Shown here: positions 52,600-62,912 of the stretch, in pieces
How the letters are laid out: every line of letters begins with the position of its first letter
Position numbering within the stretch: position 1 is the stretch's first letter
Origin: a virus
Taxonomy: Duplodnaviria > Caudoviricetes
Direction: 5' to 3' (one strand)
IMG/VR virus record: IMGVR_UViG_3300033076_001357
Coordinates: 1 to 64,000 of that record
DNA: 64,000 bases
Program-made: the position numbers and the translations under genes
The notes under the pieces: model-generated
Told to the model about the DNA's origin: nothing
Databases searched by the model: none
Seen by the model: the letters and a program-made list of their open reading frames with translations, nothing else

Positions 52600-52665
52600 G
52601 AGGGGGGTTCTCCTCCCGTTTCAGACGCGGGCCGACCCGCCAGCTGGCGGGTCGGCCCGAGACGG

Positions 52666-54498
52666 TTAGGACCAGGTGCCGGTGGATCCGGAACGGTCGG
52701 TCTGCTGGATGCCCTGGAGGATGCCGCAGTACTGCGGGGCGTTGGCCACCAGCGCGCCGTACATGAACATCGAGTAGCGGAAGCTGGCGTCGATGACCGG
52801 CCAGCTGATGCTCAGGTAGTCCTGGACGGTGGTGAACTCCCACACGTTGTTGACGTTCGACCAGGCGAACGGGAGCGTGTAGCTCTGTAGCAGCGCGGTG
52901 CCCTGCGTCAGCCACGGGTGGACCACGACCCGGACCGGCGAACGGGTGATCGGGTTCTGGAACTCGGACACCGCAGCGCCGAGCCGGACGCCGGGGACCT
53001 CCGACTGCTCGACGAACAGCCGGTAGGCGGTGTTCTGGGAACCCGCGTTGACGATGCTGTTGGACATCCGCATGACGTCGCCACCCTCGGCGACGATCTC
53101 GCTCGGGTCGGCGCGGTACGATCCCGGGCCGTCCCACAGCTGCTGGAACGCGGTGTTGAGGACCGAGACGTTGAGGGTGTCTCCGACCGACTGGTTGACG
53201 TATCCGCCCTGCCACCCGGTCGGGTAGATCGCGCTCGGACCTGCCGAGTGGCCGGTCAGCACCGAGATCATGCCCTCCTGCCGGTTCGGCGAGGAGGTCC
53301 CGGTGTCGGCGGTGGGCGGGGTCGACCCGGAAACCGGAAGCGCACCCTGCAGGGTGAAGTTCAGGCCGCCGACGCCCGACTTCATCAGGTAGTACGTGCC
53401 AGCGCTGGCGCCGGTGGTGACGTACAGGTTGTACCACTGCGCTCCGGCGACCGGAGAGATGGTGACGTCGACCACCTGGCCGGAGGACCAGCCCACGCTG
53501 GCGCCGGTCGAGGCGGCGGTCTCACCGTACCAGTTGGCAGCAGTGACCTTGACGAACACGTTGGTGGTGACGCCGGTCAGCGCGGTTTCGCCGGTGTTGG
53601 CGGTACGAGCCGCCAGGGCGGGGGTTCCCGGAGTGCTGAGAGCGACGGAGGTGGCAGCCAGGTGGGCGGCCTCCTCGTTCAGCATGAACTCCTGGAGCAG
53701 GATCAGGTTGGCGAGAGCAGAGACGTCCTCGAACCCCTGGCCACCGAACTGCGCGAGCCACGACAGCGACTCGGTCAGACCCCAGAACCGGTACGGAACG
53801 TTGAGGTCGACGGAGTCCTGGCTGCCCGAGCCCGGGAGGTTGAGCGGCCAGTTGGACATCGAGCCCGCGCCGGTGACCAACTCGGGGATGCCCAGGTCGA
53901 CGAACTTGCCGCCGCTGGCGCCGGTCTGGGAGCCAGAGACGCCGGTGATGACCTTGGTCCTGCGGCTGGTGCCCTGGCCGGGGACGCGCGGCAGCTTGTT
54001 GCGGATCGGCGAGTACACCGGGTAGATCAGCCGGGACGGCGCGACCAGGTCGAACGGGACCAGGCCACTGGCCAGCGGGCTGGTCAGGGTGATGTTCTTG
54101 CCGATGGCGTCCGAGATCTGGGTCTGCAGCCCGCTGACGAACTGGTTCAGCATCTGGGTCTGCGGGTTGGCAGACAGGAACGACCCGAACTGGTTGGCGA
54201 AGTCCGGGCTCATCGACTTGAGTGCCGCGCCCGGGTCCCGGACCGCGTCCTTGATGGCCTTGGTGAAGACCACCTCGGCCCGCATCGAGCGCTTGAAGAT
54301 CTCGCCGTCGTCGCTCAGCGGCCGGTTGCCGCCGGGCTTGGCATAGCCAGCGCCCTTGACGAGGGTGGTCATGGCGCCCGAGACCATGTGGTTGGGCTTC
54401 TCGAACTGATGGAACGCCGATTCCGCCAGGAATTCCGGCGACGCTCCCGACTCGCGGATAGCGTCCATGACGTCCATCGTTCCGGTTGCTCCGGTCAT
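52666..54498 (-). CDS. Major capsid protein with internal Ig/Fn3-like insertion
   Basis: Follows protease; AAAGGAGG RBS; hairpin terminator 52629-52658; PFDL..P, VHPWLTQG. Confidence 0.8.
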   Translation of the reverse strand: MTGATGTMDVMDAIRESGASPEFLAESAFHQFEKPNHMVSGAMTTLVKGAGYAKPGGNRPLSDDGEIFKRSMRAEVVFTKAIKDAVRDPGAALKSMSPDFANQFGSFLSANPQTQMLNQFVSGLQTQISDAIGKNITLTSPLASGLVPFDLVAPSRLIYPVYSPIRNKLPRVPGQGTSRRTKVITGVSGSQTGASGGKFVDLGIPELVTGAGSMSNWPLNLPGSGSQDSVDLNVPYRFWGLTESLSWLAQFGGQGFEDVSALANLILLQEFMLNEEAAHLAATSVALSTPGTPALAARTANTGETALTGVTTNVFVKVTAANWYGETAASTGASVGWSSGQVVDVTISPVAGAQWYNLYVTTGASAGTYYLMKSGVGGLNFTLQGALPVSGSTPPTADTGTSSPNRQEGMISVLTGHSAGPSAIYPTGWQGGYVNQSVGDTLNVSVLNTAFQQLWDGPGSYRADPSEIVAEGGDVMRMSNSIVNAGSQNTAYRLFVEQSEVPGVRLGAAVSEFQNPITRSPVRVVVHPWLTQGTALLQSYTLPFAWSNVNNVWEFTTVQDYLSISWPVIDASFRYSMFMYGALVANAPQYCGILQGIQQTDRSGSTGTWS

Positions 54499-54539
54499 GC
54501 GTTGCCCTCCTTTAGAGGCTAGAGCAGGTAGTGGTCAGG

Positions 54540-57113
54540 TCAGAACAGATCCGGCAGTCCCGCGTTGATCAGCGCCTGGTGCGCCCGCTCGCGGATGTCC
54601 GGGTCGCCGGACTCGGTGAGGTTGCGCAGGTACTGAACGTACGCGGCCTTCTCGGCCTTGACTGCCTTGTCCTGGGCTTCGGCGGCCAGGCTGCGGCGCT
54701 CCACGGGAGCGACCCCAGCTGCCTTCCTGACCGTACCCCGCATCGGGGCCTGGGCCGGGTCGGGCTGACGTCCCAGTTCGTCAAGCTCTCGCTTCAGAGC
54801 CTTGATCTTCTTCTTGTACGGGTTGGTGGCCTTGTCGATCATCGACTTGACGGCCTTGGTGCTGACCGCCGCGCCAGCGGCGGTGTCCAGAGCGGGTCGG
54901 GGGGCGGGCATGGCGTCCGACCCGTTGCGGGGCGGCAGCACGGTGTTGGACGGCGCCATCGGGCACAGCCCCACCGTGGTCTGCTCGATGTGGTCGTGAA
55001 TGGCCTTCATTCGGTTGGCAGTGTACTCTAGCGCGGCGGCTGCGTACAAGTCCCTGCCGGATCCAGTGGCAACCGACCCCAGATCGTTGTTACCCTTGCT
55101 GGCCGGGCTGGGGCGCTCGTGGCCAGAGGTCAGCGGCCCCCGGTCGAACTTGCCAGGGTCCAGGCTGCGACCACCGGGAGGCAGCATCGGCTTCTTGCCG
55201 GCGGCGGTCAGCGGGGCGTGGCCGGACAGGATGTACGGACGCTGGAAGCTTCCGGGCTTCGGCGGGTTGCCCGGGGTCAGCCGGACCGTCGGGTACATGT
55301 CGGTGAACGACTTGTGGACCAGGTCCCGTGCCTCGGCCAGCAGCCGGGGGTGCGACGACTTCAGAGCGTCGGCGTCCGTCGCCAGCCGCCCTAGCACCGT
55401 GGCCGACTCGATGTCGCCGTTCGACATCGCCTTGGCCGCTTCGGCCCACAGGTAGTCCCGGTCGATGGCGGCGTCCAGCGACTTGACGGAGTACTCGGCC
55501 ATCACGTCGCTGGCGTGGTACGCGGCGCACAGCGCGTCGTGCATCCGCTTCATCGCCAGCTGCGGGTCGTTGACCTTGGCGGACTTCTTGGTCTTGGCGT
55601 CCACCGACGACGGAACCTTGTCCGGCTTGGGGTCCTTCTTGGTCGGCATGCCAGCGTCCTGCTCCAGCTGCTCGACGGTGGTGTCTCCGTCGGGCTCTCG
55701 GTGCTCACCGGCTGGTGGCAGGAACCGCTTCTTGGCCTTCTTCGACTTCTTCTTGGCGGCCCGGGTCGGCAGCAGACTCTTGCCGGTGACGCAGGCCGCT
55801 CCGCACTGGGAGCAGAACCGGTCGTCGTCGTCGCAGTCCTTGCCGCACCCCGAGCAGTAGCACTTGGAGAGCGTCGCGGTCGAACCGTCTCCACCGTCGG
55901 ACGGCTTGCACGTGCACGGGAACGCGCTGCAGCACGAGCAGACGCCGTCGTCGACGTCCTCCCCGCACACCGGGCACTTGTCGCCGTCGTACCCCTTGAC
56001 CACCGGGATCTCCTCGGTGCGGTGAGCACCTTCACGCGCGCCGATGACGAAGGTCGGCTTCTTGCCGCCCTTCTTCGGCTTCTTGGCCTTGGAGGTAGCG
56101 TCCATCTCCTTCTTCCACGACTCGGGCAGCTCAGCCACGAAGGACGCACCCTTCCGGCGGGCGATGCGGATGATTCGGCGCTTGAGTTCGTCGCTCGAAT
56201 AGTTGTCCTCCCCGGCCCGGCCGATGGAAGACGCGGCGTCGCTGACGTCCCCGGGGGTGACGATCGGGAAGCTACGGTTGCGGCCAGCGAAGTCCTTGCC
56301 CGGGATCTTCTCCCGGTCCACCCCGCCACCTACGTCCAGGTCCATCTCGCGCTTGGTCAGCCAGTCCTCGTAGCCGCCGTCCACCAGGCCGGTGTCCTCG
56401 CCCTTGGCGTGCCACCGCTGCCACTCGGCGCGCTTGGCCAGGTACTCGGGGCCCTGGGTGGCACTGGACGGGTCAGGTTCGCCCGCCAGCCACTCGGCGC
56501 GTTCGGCCAGCCACCGCCGGGCGAGACCGGTACCGGCGGCCTTGGCGGTGGCGTGACCCTCCAGGTCTCCGTAGGTCCAAGCGGTGGAATCCGACCCGTC
56601 CTCGGACTTGGACAGCTCGGTCTCGGACTTGGACAGCGTGATGGAGCAGTTCTTGTTGGCCGGTCGGTCCACCAGGGACAGCTCGAACAGCTCGCCGCCC
56701 TTGATGATGCCGCCTCGCGCCTTGCCGGTGATGTCTCGTTCGACCACCGGCCGGGAGATGCCCACCGAGTACGCCTGGAGAACCTTGGTCCTGACCAGCT
56801 TCTTGGCCGTGGGCTCGACGATCAGAGCCTTGACGTAGTGGCCGTCGTCGGTTTCCTCGACCGTCAGGCCCTTACCGGCCGGGTACAGCGCCGGGTTGTG
56901 CTGTACCCGCACGTTGCCGCCGGTGTTCAGCCACTTCTGAAGCGCTGGGCCGGACCACTCCGGATCGACGATCTGGTCGTCACTGTCCACCGACCCGTCC
57001 GTGGCCTTGCCGTATACCACGATGTCGCCGTCGTCGGTGGACTCGAACTTGGTGATGGGGAAACTGACGAACAGCTTGTCCGACTTACCCGCGTTGTCGA
57101 GAACAGTGGCCAC
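54540..57113 (-). CDS. HK97-type prohead protease fused to DUF6582-like, zinc-ribbon and scaffold regions
   Basis: VYGKAT...VDSDDQIV; VRVQH; YSVG; ELSLVDRPAN. Confidence 0.85.
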   Translation of the reverse strand: MATVLDNAGKSDKLFVSFPITKFESTDDGDIVVYGKATDGSVDSDDQIVDPEWSGPALQKWLNTGGNVRVQHNPALYPAGKGLTVEETDDGHYVKALIVEPTAKKLVRTKVLQAYSVGISRPVVERDITGKARGGIIKGGELFELSLVDRPANKNCSITLSKSETELSKSEDGSDSTAWTYGDLEGHATAKAAGTGLARRWLAERAEWLAGEPDPSSATQGPEYLAKRAEWQRWHAKGEDTGLVDGGYEDWLTKREMDLDVGGGVDREKIPGKDFAGRNRSFPIVTPGDVSDAASSIGRAGEDNYSSDELKRRIIRIARRKGASFVAELPESWKKEMDATSKAKKPKKGGKKPTFVIGAREGAHRTEEIPVVKGYDGDKCPVCGEDVDDGVCSCCSAFPCTCKPSDGGDGSTATLSKCYCSGCGKDCDDDDRFCSQCGAACVTGKSLLPTRAAKKKSKKAKKRFLPPAGEHREPDGDTTVEQLEQDAGMPTKKDPKPDKVPSSVDAKTKKSAKVNDPQLAMKRMHDALCAAYHASDVMAEYSVKSLDAAIDRDYLWAEAAKAMSNGDIESATVLGRLATDADALKSSHPRLLAEARDLVHKSFTDMYPTVRLTPGNPPKPGSFQRPYILSGHAPLTAAGKKPMLPPGGRSLDPGKFDRGPLTSGHERPSPASKGNNDLGSVATGSGRDLYAAAALEYTANRMKAIHDHIEQTTVGLCPMAPSNTVLPPRNGSDAMPAPRPALDTAAGAAVSTKAVKSMIDKATNPYKKKIKALKRELDELGRQPDPAQAPMRGTVRKAAGVAPVERRSLAAEAQDKAVKAEKAAYVQYLRNLTESGDPDIRERAHQALINAGLPDLF

Positions 57114-57213
57114 ACGGCTCCAGGGTTATCGGTGGTTGACGTCTACCAGGTGGGCCCGCGCACGGCGCCAACGCACCTTCACCGTAAATAATACTAGTCT
57201 TACGGCTGGTTGG

Positions 57214-57408
57214 TCAAGGCGTCACGGACACAACCGGGTTCAGTCGCATCGGCACCGCCAGCACCACCTTCTGGCTGGAATCTACTAGCGTAAGCATCTC
57301 TTCGCCGACCAGCATGTCTGCCGCCGTTACGCTGTACGACATCGGCGCGGGCACCGAGGACATCTGGCCGGGGGCCGGAGGCCAGAACGTTACGTTGAAA
57401 GTGCTCAT
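57214..57408 (-). CDS. Small hypothetical protein
   Basis: ATGA overlap with portal stop. Confidence 0.5.
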   Translation of the reverse strand: MSTFNVTFWPPAPGQMSSVPAPMSYSVTAADMLVGEEMLTLVDSSQKVVLAVPMRLNPVVSVTP

Positions 57409-59984
57409 CGCTTCTTGTAGTCCTCGCTGTGAGAGTTCATCTCCTTGCCCCAGGGCCCGGCGTCCTGATCCACCGTACCCACCCAGGCCATGATCGACTT
57501 CTGCTTGGTGAGCCGGAAAGCGTCCACTCGGTGCCAGCCGTCCGCTATCTCCAGCTTGTCTCCGTCCGGGGTCTTGACCAGCACTACCGGATGCGCCGGG
57601 GGGGTTCCGTCCTCTATCGCCCGGACCAGCTGGCGAACCTTTACCGGATCGTACGCCCCTCCCGGACGAGGACCCGACTGTATCTGATCCAGCGACACCG
57701 GCTGCGGACCGTGCCAGTGGGCGTCTTTCACCCAGTCGATCAGCGCCGCCGGGTAATGCCTGGCCAGGTACGCGTACACCTCGTGAGTGCCGTCCCCGTG
57801 GTCGGCGTGCTTGATGGACGCCCGAGCGGAGCTGATGGCCTCCTCCACCGACTTGCCTATGGCCAGATCGGCGTACAGGGACGCCCACGTCCGGGTGTCC
57901 ACGTGCTTCCAGTCCCAGTCGTCTATGGATTTGCCCTTGATCAGCCTGCGACGCACCAGGTCCAGCTCCCGCAACGCGCGGCTCTTGATACGAGGCCGGG
58001 GGGCGTCGGCTTCGGCAGCTGCGGCCTGGTGTCCCGGGGTGCCTCGGTCACCGATGGTGTCTAGGTCGTCTTCCGGCTCGGGGGTGTGCGGAGTGGCCAC
58101 CGACGGCTCCACGGTCAGCGGCTTGTCGTCGGGAGACCTGGACGGGCTCATCGGTCCCACGGCCATCGGGTCCGGCCGCTTCGGCACCCCGGGAGCGTTG
58201 TCGTGGTCGCCCACCGACGCGGGTTGGGACGTGGTCGGCCCGCCCTGGCCCTGCTGACGCTCCCTGATCCTCTGGTCCTGTAGGTTCTGGGCTGCGGTGG
58301 TCAGCACCACCGACCCGGTCTGAGGGCTTAGCTGACCTGGAACCGCCATGCCGGTGGACGGATCGATAGACCCGATCGGGGTGATTCCTCGGGTGGTCAT
58401 GTACAGCGGGTCGGAGGTCAGCGGCAGGCCCCATGGCTGTTCGCCACGCTGGATCCGGGCCTCGTCGATGGACTTCATTCCGAAGGACACTTCCTGGATC
58501 AGGATTCCGACCTCGGACGCTTCGTCGACGCCTTCCTCCAGGCCCTCCCACATCCATTCCATGTCCGACTGGCCGCAGATGTCGTGCAGCACGAAGTCGA
58601 ACAGACTGGACTTCAGCCACTTCAGCAGGGGCCGCAGTGCCTTGCGCTGCATGACCTCCTGGCTCATCTTGGCCATCTGGTTCGCCGCGCCGGGAGACTG
58701 AGTTAGAGACACCTTGGGGGCGATGCCAAGCTCCATGGGCATCACCGAGTACCCCATACAGACCTGGTTCATCACCACCTCGTCGAACTGGTCTGCCAGC
58801 GGAACCGGCCGAATCGGGTCTATCGTGGAATTGCTGGGCAGCACGATGATCTTGTGCTTCCACGCCGGGTCCCCCGCCATCGCGTTGAGAGCGTCCTGCA
58901 GCTCCCTCAGCTGGTTGGGGGTGAGGTCCGGGTTACCCGCCGAGATGAACATGCCGGGGACGGTACCCTCGGCGTAGTAGTTCAACTGGTACTGCTGACG
59001 CTGAATGCCGCTCAGAACCGGCACCAGCGACTGCTCAAGGGGAGTGAAGCCGTACGGGGTCCAGTCACGTGCGGTGTACGGAAGGTACAGCAGCTGGTCT
59101 CCCCGGTACTCGGCGGCCAGCTCCTCGCCCATGTCGGCCACGTCGTCCCCGGATAGCGCGGTCATCAGATCGACCCGGGGCACCCCGTAGTTGTAGATCT
59201 GAAACGCCGGGGCCGGTGGCCGGGGAATTCCTCCTCGGATGTCCAGAAGCGGCCGGACCGTCGACCCGTCGATCAGGCACAGAGCGGCCAGGTCCGACCC
59301 CAGCAGACCTTTGCCCCTCCGCCGGGACGGCTGCAGGTACACCGACAAAGCGTCGATAACGAAGACGTCTTCCAGCACCGCCGACAGCCACGAGTTGAAC
59401 GTATGGTACTTCTCCGGGTCGGGTCGCTTGAAGAACTTGAGAGCTTCGGCCCTGCGCTTGGCGAAGTCCATGTGCTGAGACGCCGACCCGCGCATGGCCT
59501 TCTGAGCCTCGCGGGTCGGCACGATGTCCCAGCCCAGGCCGATGATCTCGTTCTTACGAAGCTCGATACAGGCCCTGGCCACCGAATAGGTGTCGCTGAT
59601 GGTCCGTAGGGCTTCGAATGGAGCCAGCCGGATGGCCTCGGTGCCCGGTTCGCCAACCGGCATGTTCCACGCCACCGGGTACGGGAACCTGCGGGGCTCC
59701 GGTCGCCCGGAATCAGGTTCTGGCGCATCGATGCCCACCGGCGCTATCGGACTGAGCGGGCCGAACGCTCCAGAAAGGAACGTGTCCGGTATCCGGGGAA
59801 GTCCGGTACCGTATGGCCTTCCCTGGGTCCATTGCTCGTAGCTGGCCACCAGCGGGCTGATCATCGCCGACCCGGGCTGGCCAGCGGCGGCTGGTACGCC
59901 GCCGAACCCCCCTGGCCCTCCGGGACCACCGACAGAACCGGTCGGCGGAAGAGCCCTGGCCACCGACCCCGGACGAACAGCCAT
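57405..59984 (-). CDS. Portal protein with C-terminal ParB/Srx-like domain
   Basis: ARACIELRK; DALSVY; DGSTV; YGFTPLE; C-terminal PVVLV...IADGWHRV. Confidence 0.88.
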   Translation of the reverse strand: MAVRPGSVARALPPTGSVGGPGGPGGFGGVPAAAGQPGSAMISPLVASYEQWTQGRPYGTGLPRIPDTFLSGAFGPLSPIAPVGIDAPEPDSGRPEPRRFPYPVAWNMPVGEPGTEAIRLAPFEALRTISDTYSVARACIELRKNEIIGLGWDIVPTREAQKAMRGSASQHMDFAKRRAEALKFFKRPDPEKYHTFNSWLSAVLEDVFVIDALSVYLQPSRRRGKGLLGSDLAALCLIDGSTVRPLLDIRGGIPRPPAPAFQIYNYGVPRVDLMTALSGDDVADMGEELAAEYRGDQLLYLPYTARDWTPYGFTPLEQSLVPVLSGIQRQQYQLNYYAEGTVPGMFISAGNPDLTPNQLRELQDALNAMAGDPAWKHKIIVLPSNSTIDPIRPVPLADQFDEVVMNQVCMGYSVMPMELGIAPKVSLTQSPGAANQMAKMSQEVMQRKALRPLLKWLKSSLFDFVLHDICGQSDMEWMWEGLEEGVDEASEVGILIQEVSFGMKSIDEARIQRGEQPWGLPLTSDPLYMTTRGITPIGSIDPSTGMAVPGQLSPQTGSVVLTTAAQNLQDQRIRERQQGQGGPTTSQPASVGDHDNAPGVPKRPDPMAVGPMSPSRSPDDKPLTVEPSVATPHTPEPEDDLDTIGDRGTPGHQAAAAEADAPRPRIKSRALRELDLVRRRLIKGKSIDDWDWKHVDTRTWASLYADLAIGKSVEEAISSARASIKHADHGDGTHEVYAYLARHYPAALIDWVKDAHWHGPQPVSLDQIQSGPRPGGAYDPVKVRQLVRAIEDGTPPAHPVVLVKTPDGDKLEIADGWHRVDAFRLTKQKSIMAWVGTVDQDAGPWGKEMNSHSEDYKKR

Positions 59985-59992
59985 CTGGCCCC

Positions 59993-60217
59993 CTACCTGA
60001 CTTTGTACCGCGTGGTCACCTTTTTCAGGTGAGGAGTGGTCTCACAGAACGTCTGGTGCACCAGCCGGTGTTCCACGGCGTCCTGATACTGCTGAGGAGT
60101 GTTGACAACCCACAGCCTACCGCACCATTCAACCGTTGCGTGGCACAGCAGCACAACCGGGAGAACACGCGGGGCGCCTCGCACCTCAGGCATCGGCACC
60201 TTGTCCCAGTTTACCAT
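59993..60217 (-). CDS. Small Cys/His protein
   Basis: ORF between TerL-side genes and portal. Confidence 0.5.
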   Translation of the reverse strand: MVNWDKVPMPEVRGAPRVLPVVLLCHATVEWCGRLWVVNTPQQYQDAVEHRLVHQTFCETTPHLKKVTTRYKVR

Positions 60218-60645
60218 CAGACAGTTTCCTCAGTATCCGGGTAGTAAGGTATCTCCTCCGGCCAGGCCACGTTGTCCTCCGGCCACACCCCGGCTTCCCA
60301 GAACTCGATCTCGGCCAGTGAGCCGTTCGGATGAAACGTCATTCTCTTCACCCGGGGACAGGCCCGGGCGTGGATGCCGCCGCAGTGTTTGCACGCCTCG
60401 CCGTTGTTGAACCGGGTTCTGAACTCGGTGGCCAGCTGGGGCGTCCACTGATCGTCGTCCTTGGCCGTAGGGTCCTTTTCCACCGTGCCCACGGACCAGT
60501 TTTCCAGTATGTAGGCACCGTTCAGACCCCTCCATCTCATCAGTGCGTCGCGCGCCTCTGTGGCCTCACTCTCCGACTCGTACGGTCCGAAGGTCTGCAG
60601 TATCCCTGACCTGTCGGAAAACCACAGGTGGAGAACGTATGGCAT
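60217..60645 (-). CDS. Hypothetical protein with CxxCxxxH...C motif
   Basis: GAAGG RBS, overlap coupling. Confidence 0.6.
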   Translation of the reverse strand: MPYVLHLWFSDRSGILQTFGPYESESEATEARDALMRWRGLNGAYILENWSVGTVEKDPTAKDDDQWTPQLATEFRTRFNNGEACKHCGGIHARACPRVKRMTFHPNGSLAEIEFWEAGVWPEDNVAWPEEIPYYPDTEETV

Positions 60646-60920
60646 CAGGCGCCGCCCTTCTTTTGCACCGACTGGTTTATGGCCGCCGATATGGCGTTCT
60701 CGTCCACCACCAGGACCCGTTGGGGATCGGTGATCCACACGCTGGGTCGCACCTCGATGGTGCCCGCCCACCCGTGCTCCACCACCATGCCCATCAGGGT
60801 GGCCACCTCGCTGGGAGCACAGTACAGCACCCGCTTACATTCTTCCCTTACCATCTGGATGAATGCCTGATCGAAGTCGAACTGATCGGGCCCGTCGTAG
60901 TCGTCTTCTTCCTCGGTCAC
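60645..60920 (-). CDS. Hypothetical protein
   Basis: GTG overlapping upstream stop. Confidence 0.5.
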   Translation of the reverse strand: MTEEEDDYDGPDQFDFDQAFIQMVREECKRVLYCAPSEVATLMGMVVEHGWAGTIEVRPSVWITDPQRVLVVDENAISAAINQSVQKKGGA

Positions 60921-61288
60921 GGCGCGGCCACCTGGGGCGCGTAGAAGGTGCCGACCACCAGGGCGGTGGCGCTGGTCTGTCCCGGGTCCATCCACAGGAT
61001 GTACGGGCCGCCCCCGTGAGTCAGAAGCGCGGTTCCGGTGGCGGTCAGAATCACCTGAACGGTTGACGCGGTGGTGTCCACGATGATCTGTCCGTTGGCT
61101 GTGGACGCCCCACTGGTCACCGACAGAGTGGGGGACCCGGTGTCGGTGACCGCCCGCCTGATGGCGAACTCGAAGGTCTTGCCGATGATGTTCATCAGCG
61201 TGCCGTCCGAATTCTGCAGCAGGTAGGTGGTGGACCACTGAGAACCTTGGGGGTTGGTGACGTCGACCGTGTTGGGCAGAAAAGTCAT
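60917..61288 (-). CDS. BppU-N-like virion protein
   Basis: QGSQWS..Y...N.DG...FEFAIR...GQI.V...TVQVILTAT.T..L. Confidence 0.55.
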   Translation of the reverse strand: MTFLPNTVDVTNPQGSQWSTTYLLQNSDGTLMNIIGKTFEFAIRRAVTDTGSPTLSVTSGASTANGQIIVDTTASTVQVILTATGTALLTHGGGPYILWMDPGQTSATALVVGTFYAPQVAAP

Positions 61289-61295
61289 CCGCTGG

Positions 61296-62912
61296 TCACC
61301 TTTCGTGGCGGTGCCAGCACTTCGGGCACCGTTCGGGGTGTAGCTTTTTCAGGAATGTGTGGTTACAACCGTCACAGGTTACCACCCCGTATGCCTCGTG
61401 CCAGCCGCCGGACACTACCCAGAACGCCATCACCACCGCGTCCGCGTAGTCGGTGGACCGTCCGATACGTGACCGGATGTCGTCCTTGGACTCTACCTGG
61501 ATCTTACCGCCCGACATCACTCGCCAGTGCGGAGCCGTCAAGTCACCGGTCAGGCGATCGTGAACAGGAAGCATCAGTTTGCTTCCCTTGGACGGGTCCA
61601 GCAGGTCTCTCAGCCGCCACCACGAAGCGGCCCGGGCGTTTACGAAACCCAGCTCACCCGAACTGTCCTTCTTGGACGAAGACGCCGAGGCATTGAACGC
61701 CTCCACCGGCATCTTCTGCTCCCGCAGCCGGTCCACCACGCCAGCGCCGATGCCGATCACGTCCACCACCGCCGACATCCCGGGGTTACCGTCCAGGATA
61801 CCCTTCACCTGCCCGGTAGTGACCATGGTGTCCTGCCGGTTGAACTCCCGCAGGTCGGTGACGATGTCACCGAACCTTATGGCCATGATGGTCTTGTCCG
61901 TACCGGACCTGGCTACGTCGACCCCTACGGTCATCTGACCGTCGGAGAACGGCCTTCCGTTCTCGTCCCACTCCCGCCACCGCTCGTTGGCCGCTTCGAT
62001 CCACGCTAGCGGTATGACTCCGTCCTCGTCGGACGAGTAGAACTCACCCAGCACGCGGTTGTTGTACACCGCCGAATTCTCGCCCCACTGGCTTTTGCGC
62101 TGATCGGCCCACTGTTGAGATATGCGCTTGGCCGCTATAGCTTCTTCCAGCTTGACGTGACGGGGGGTCCAGTCCTCCAGTCCGGGCTTGCGCGCGTGGA
62201 TGTCATAGAACATTCCGTTGGGTTCGCCCGGCGTGGACGCAGCCAGCGCGAACGCTTCCGGCAGCCCCTCGGCAGCGGCTCCGGAGAACGCTCCTTCAGC
62301 GGCTTCAAAGGTACTGGACGGAATAGCTTTGGACTCGTCGAAGACGTACAGCACCGAGTCGGCGTGAACACCTTCAATAAGCTCGGCCTTGTTGGACGCC
62401 ACCGCGAACGCGGCCCCGTGTGTGAGCTTCAGGTTGAGGCTGAGAAGCTCGGTTCTCTCGTCGAACGGCCCCCGGTTCAGCCGGTCCCACCTGATCCGCT
62501 TAGCCCATTTGTGAATCTCCGGCCACAGATACCGTTCAAGCTGCCGCCACGCGCCCGCCGTGGTGGCGATCTTCCAGTCCACTCCGGCATCGTCCCGGGT
62601 CAGAGCGAACCACAGCACCGCAATGGCCGACAGGGCACTCTTGCCCAGACCATGGGGGCCCCGGACGGCCACGCGCTTGTTGACGGGTATACTGGACAGA
62701 ATGTCTTTCTGGTACGCGGTAAGGCCGTCTTCTTGAGAGTCGCCGAAGTCTATGCACTCCAGTGCGAACCTTACCGGGTCGCTGTAGAACCTTCTGGCCG
62801 GTAGGTCCTCGGCGGTCTTGTTGGACACCCCGTTGATCTCGTCGTGCTTCTCCCTTAGCTTGCGCAGCCGCTCCAGCCGCTCCAGTTTGGCCACCGCCAG
62901 GGGGGAAGTCAT
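61296..62912 (-). CDS. terL: Terminase large subunit
   Basis: GPHGLGKS Walker A; YVFDES Walker B; GVDVARSGTDKT; STDYADA. Confidence 0.95.
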   Translation of the reverse strand: MTSPLAVAKLERLERLRKLREKHDEINGVSNKTAEDLPARRFYSDPVRFALECIDFGDSQEDGLTAYQKDILSSIPVNKRVAVRGPHGLGKSALSAIAVLWFALTRDDAGVDWKIATTAGAWRQLERYLWPEIHKWAKRIRWDRLNRGPFDERTELLSLNLKLTHGAAFAVASNKAELIEGVHADSVLYVFDESKAIPSSTFEAAEGAFSGAAAEGLPEAFALAASTPGEPNGMFYDIHARKPGLEDWTPRHVKLEEAIAAKRISQQWADQRKSQWGENSAVYNNRVLGEFYSSDEDGVIPLAWIEAANERWREWDENGRPFSDGQMTVGVDVARSGTDKTIMAIRFGDIVTDLREFNRQDTMVTTGQVKGILDGNPGMSAVVDVIGIGAGVVDRLREQKMPVEAFNASASSSKKDSSGELGFVNARAASWWRLRDLLDPSKGSKLMLPVHDRLTGDLTAPHWRVMSGGKIQVESKDDIRSRIGRSTDYADAVVMAFWVVSGGWHEAYGVVTCDGCNHTFLKKLHPERCPKCWHRHER

